The notes beneath the pieces are model-generated. The model did no database searches, was not told the origin of the DNA, and worked only from the letters and a program-made list of their open reading frames with translations. 64,000 nt of DNA from Camelus ferus (taxonomy: Eukaryota). The stretch is from NCBI RefSeq assembly GCF_009834535.1, contig NC_045697.1:118918001-118982000 (forward strand). Direction: 5' to 3'. Positions 61,851 through 64,000 of this stretch are shown piece after piece. Numbering within the stretch: the stretch's first letter is position 1; each line of letters opens with the position of its first letter. Both the position numbers and the translations under genes were made by a program.

Positions 61851-63309
61851 GAACCAGCTTCGTCATTCCCTCTGATGTGAAATCTCTCTGGGTGTACACG
61901 TGCTTGCCTGGTGGTGGTGGTGGTGGTGGTGGTAGGCAAAAATATTTCACTTCTCCTGATTTCAATAGGCTAAAATTTCCTGCTATTTATTCAACTCTAG
62001 GACTTTTACAGAATCACCTGCTGATGTGCTTCTGGAAGCTACAATAATTCCAAAAATGAAAATAATTCGATTGTCTCCAGAAAAGATAATTTTCCTCAAA
62101 ATTGAGCAGCTCTGAAACACACTTCAGGAGTACAGATAGATGCAGTGTTCTTCATTTCCCATGCTGTTCTGACACAATTTTCCACTTATATCAAAGTAAA
62201 TTAAAATCGGTCTTCAATAGCAGATGCTCTGCCATGATACAACAATGTCAATTCCACTTATTTATTGAGCCAGAGCAGCTTTAGAATAAATGACTTTATA
62301 CCAAACTCCTGCTCGATATCCTGTCTTCTCCCTGGTGGCTAATTCCTTCTTCTTTCTTCCTAAAAGTTCTCCTGTTATGGGAAGTTAGCCTTTACTGTGC
62401 ACATTCAATTGGGAAGGCACAAATTAAATATGTGAGGGGATGACATGCATATTTAATTCTTACTTATACATATATACAAGCACACAGGACCTGTGTCTTG
62501 GAAGACGTCACTTCCTAATGTGGGCAAGAGGATGGTCTATAGTTCAATCAATGATCTAAAAGCAGTTTTCTAGGATATAATAAAGCAATGCTTGAGTTAT
62601 AAGACAGAACAACCCCTGGATATGAATCAGTGGCACCAGTCAGTGGGTGCACATGTGTGCACGCACACGCCCATGCACACGGAGCAGCCTTGGAGACACT
62701 CCATCTGTGCTGATGGAGCAAAGCCATGCTGGGGAGATGAGGAAAAGTGCCTAATACAATCAAACCAGGACACCTGAGTAATGGGGAATAGGAGTCAATT
62801 GAATTTTCTGGTTAGCTGAAGGTCAAACAAAAACACTTTTAGTTTCAAACGTCATTGTTAAAAACTTTCTTAAAGCACAGGAGCCTGTTTTCCTGCCTTG
62901 CTTAGTGTCACATGGCATATTAAACATGACAGATTCGTACTTCTCTGACTGTGGAATGGGAAAGGCCTTGCTCTCATATTTCTGAACATTAGTCTATGTT
63001 TTGCAGCACAGTGGATACTGAAAATGGGGGCAATTTGAGTGAATGGGAATGGACATAACCTAGCAGTCATTGACTGTGTGTGATTTGCCAACCTTCTCCA
63101 AAAAGTAGGGGTAGCAAGCAAATCAGATAAATTGAGGGATCTTGGGGTGGGGAGTCGGGTGGGCTGATAGCTGGGTGGTCCCAGGTAGCTTGTTTTACTG
63201 TGTAAAATTGTGACTATGATCCAGACAGTGACACATTGTCAAATTCTCGTGCCTGTAGCTTTGATACCTGGCCAAGTCTGTGCAGCCAATTTTATCGATG
63301 GTGCATAAT

Positions 63310-63560
63310 GAAGATAACTAACATTCCCTGAGGGCCAGGTTGTGTGACTTCCATGCATTGACTCACTGAATTCCTTAAGCACCGTTTGTGGTACATAACA
63401 GTCTTAAAATATGCAGCAGGGAATTATTCTGTTTGCAGATGATAAAATGAAGCTCTGAACTGTTGAAGCCTGGCCCGAAATCATGCAGGTGGGAAGATGC
63501 CGTGCTGGGAGCTGAGCTTGGGCCAGACTACAGAACCTGAAGGGCCCAGCAAGTCCCCTC
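63310..63560 (-). mobile_element. MIR SINE
   Basis: 'gtttgcagatgataaaatgaagctctga..tggcccgaaatcatgcagg..gctgggagctgagc'. Confidence 0.55.
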
Positions 63561-64000
63561 ACCCAGGAACCTGGCCCGCAGCCACTGCCAGGCCCTGTTC
63601 TGTTTCTCTGAGTGCTCATAGGAAAATGCCAGGTACTCAGGGTCAATGTGACTTGATTAAGAAATTCAAACTGGGATAGCCTTTTGTTGGGGACTGTAAC
63701 CTGGGAGTGAGCCTGGCAGTGAAGTAAGGGAGGAAACAGCCCTTGTTGTAAGAATATTTCTAGGGAAGGAGGTTCCCTGATGGGCTGGCATGGGAATCGC
63801 TGTGGTTGTGAGCCCCCCGTTGCCCTGTGGGGGTGTGGGCAGGGGAGGAGAGAGGCTGTTCAGCCTGGTCATAGTCAGTATAGTTTGTAAACAGCTGAGT
63901 TGTGTTCCCTCACAGCTCAGACACCTGCAGGACATGAGGATGCTTAGCTAATGACCAACAGTGGGCAGCAAAGGCCAAGAGTGGGGTGGGGAGGAGAGAT

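Noticed and set aside
62504..62516. ETS-CRE-like composite motif (GACGTCACTTCCT)
   Set aside because: Single imperfect site with no CpG island or other promoter context.

Overview
Mammalian genomic DNA, most likely camelid (alpaca/llama/camel). That call rests on the young L1 3' ends and two tRNA-derived vic-1-like SINEs, recognised from recall rather than a database search. No intact, identifiable protein-coding gene is present, and most listed ORFs are incidental or repeat-derived. The window looks like a patchwork of compositionally different blocks: (1) repeat-rich DNA at 1-7.3 kb; (2) a GC-rich, unprocessed, disabled 3' fragment of a NUTM2/FAM22 gene on the minus strand at ~7.3-9.4 kb, ending at an L1 3' end; (3) an AT-rich block at ~9.8-32.4 kb with a full-length RHBDD3 processed pseudogene, a twin-primed (5'-inverted) L1 and a possible chain of small + strand exons spelling an unidentified C-terminal peptide; (4) a GC-rich block at ~32.4-57.6 kb with old L1/L2/MIR/MaLR/hAT repeats, a young 5'-truncated L1 and an enhancer-like TCF/homeodomain motif cluster; (5) an island of about ten ~248-bp satellite monomers at 57.6-60.05 kb, with an A/B dimeric substructure and an inverted piece at its left edge; (6) AT-rich DNA with an ERV1-type solo LTR. 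Several old repeats show short patches of AT->GC substitution that resemble GC-biased gene conversion footprints. Overall it reads as a pericentromeric-type segmental-duplication mosaic. I see no convincing new biological system; the best leads are the satellite island and the unidentified spliced ORF.
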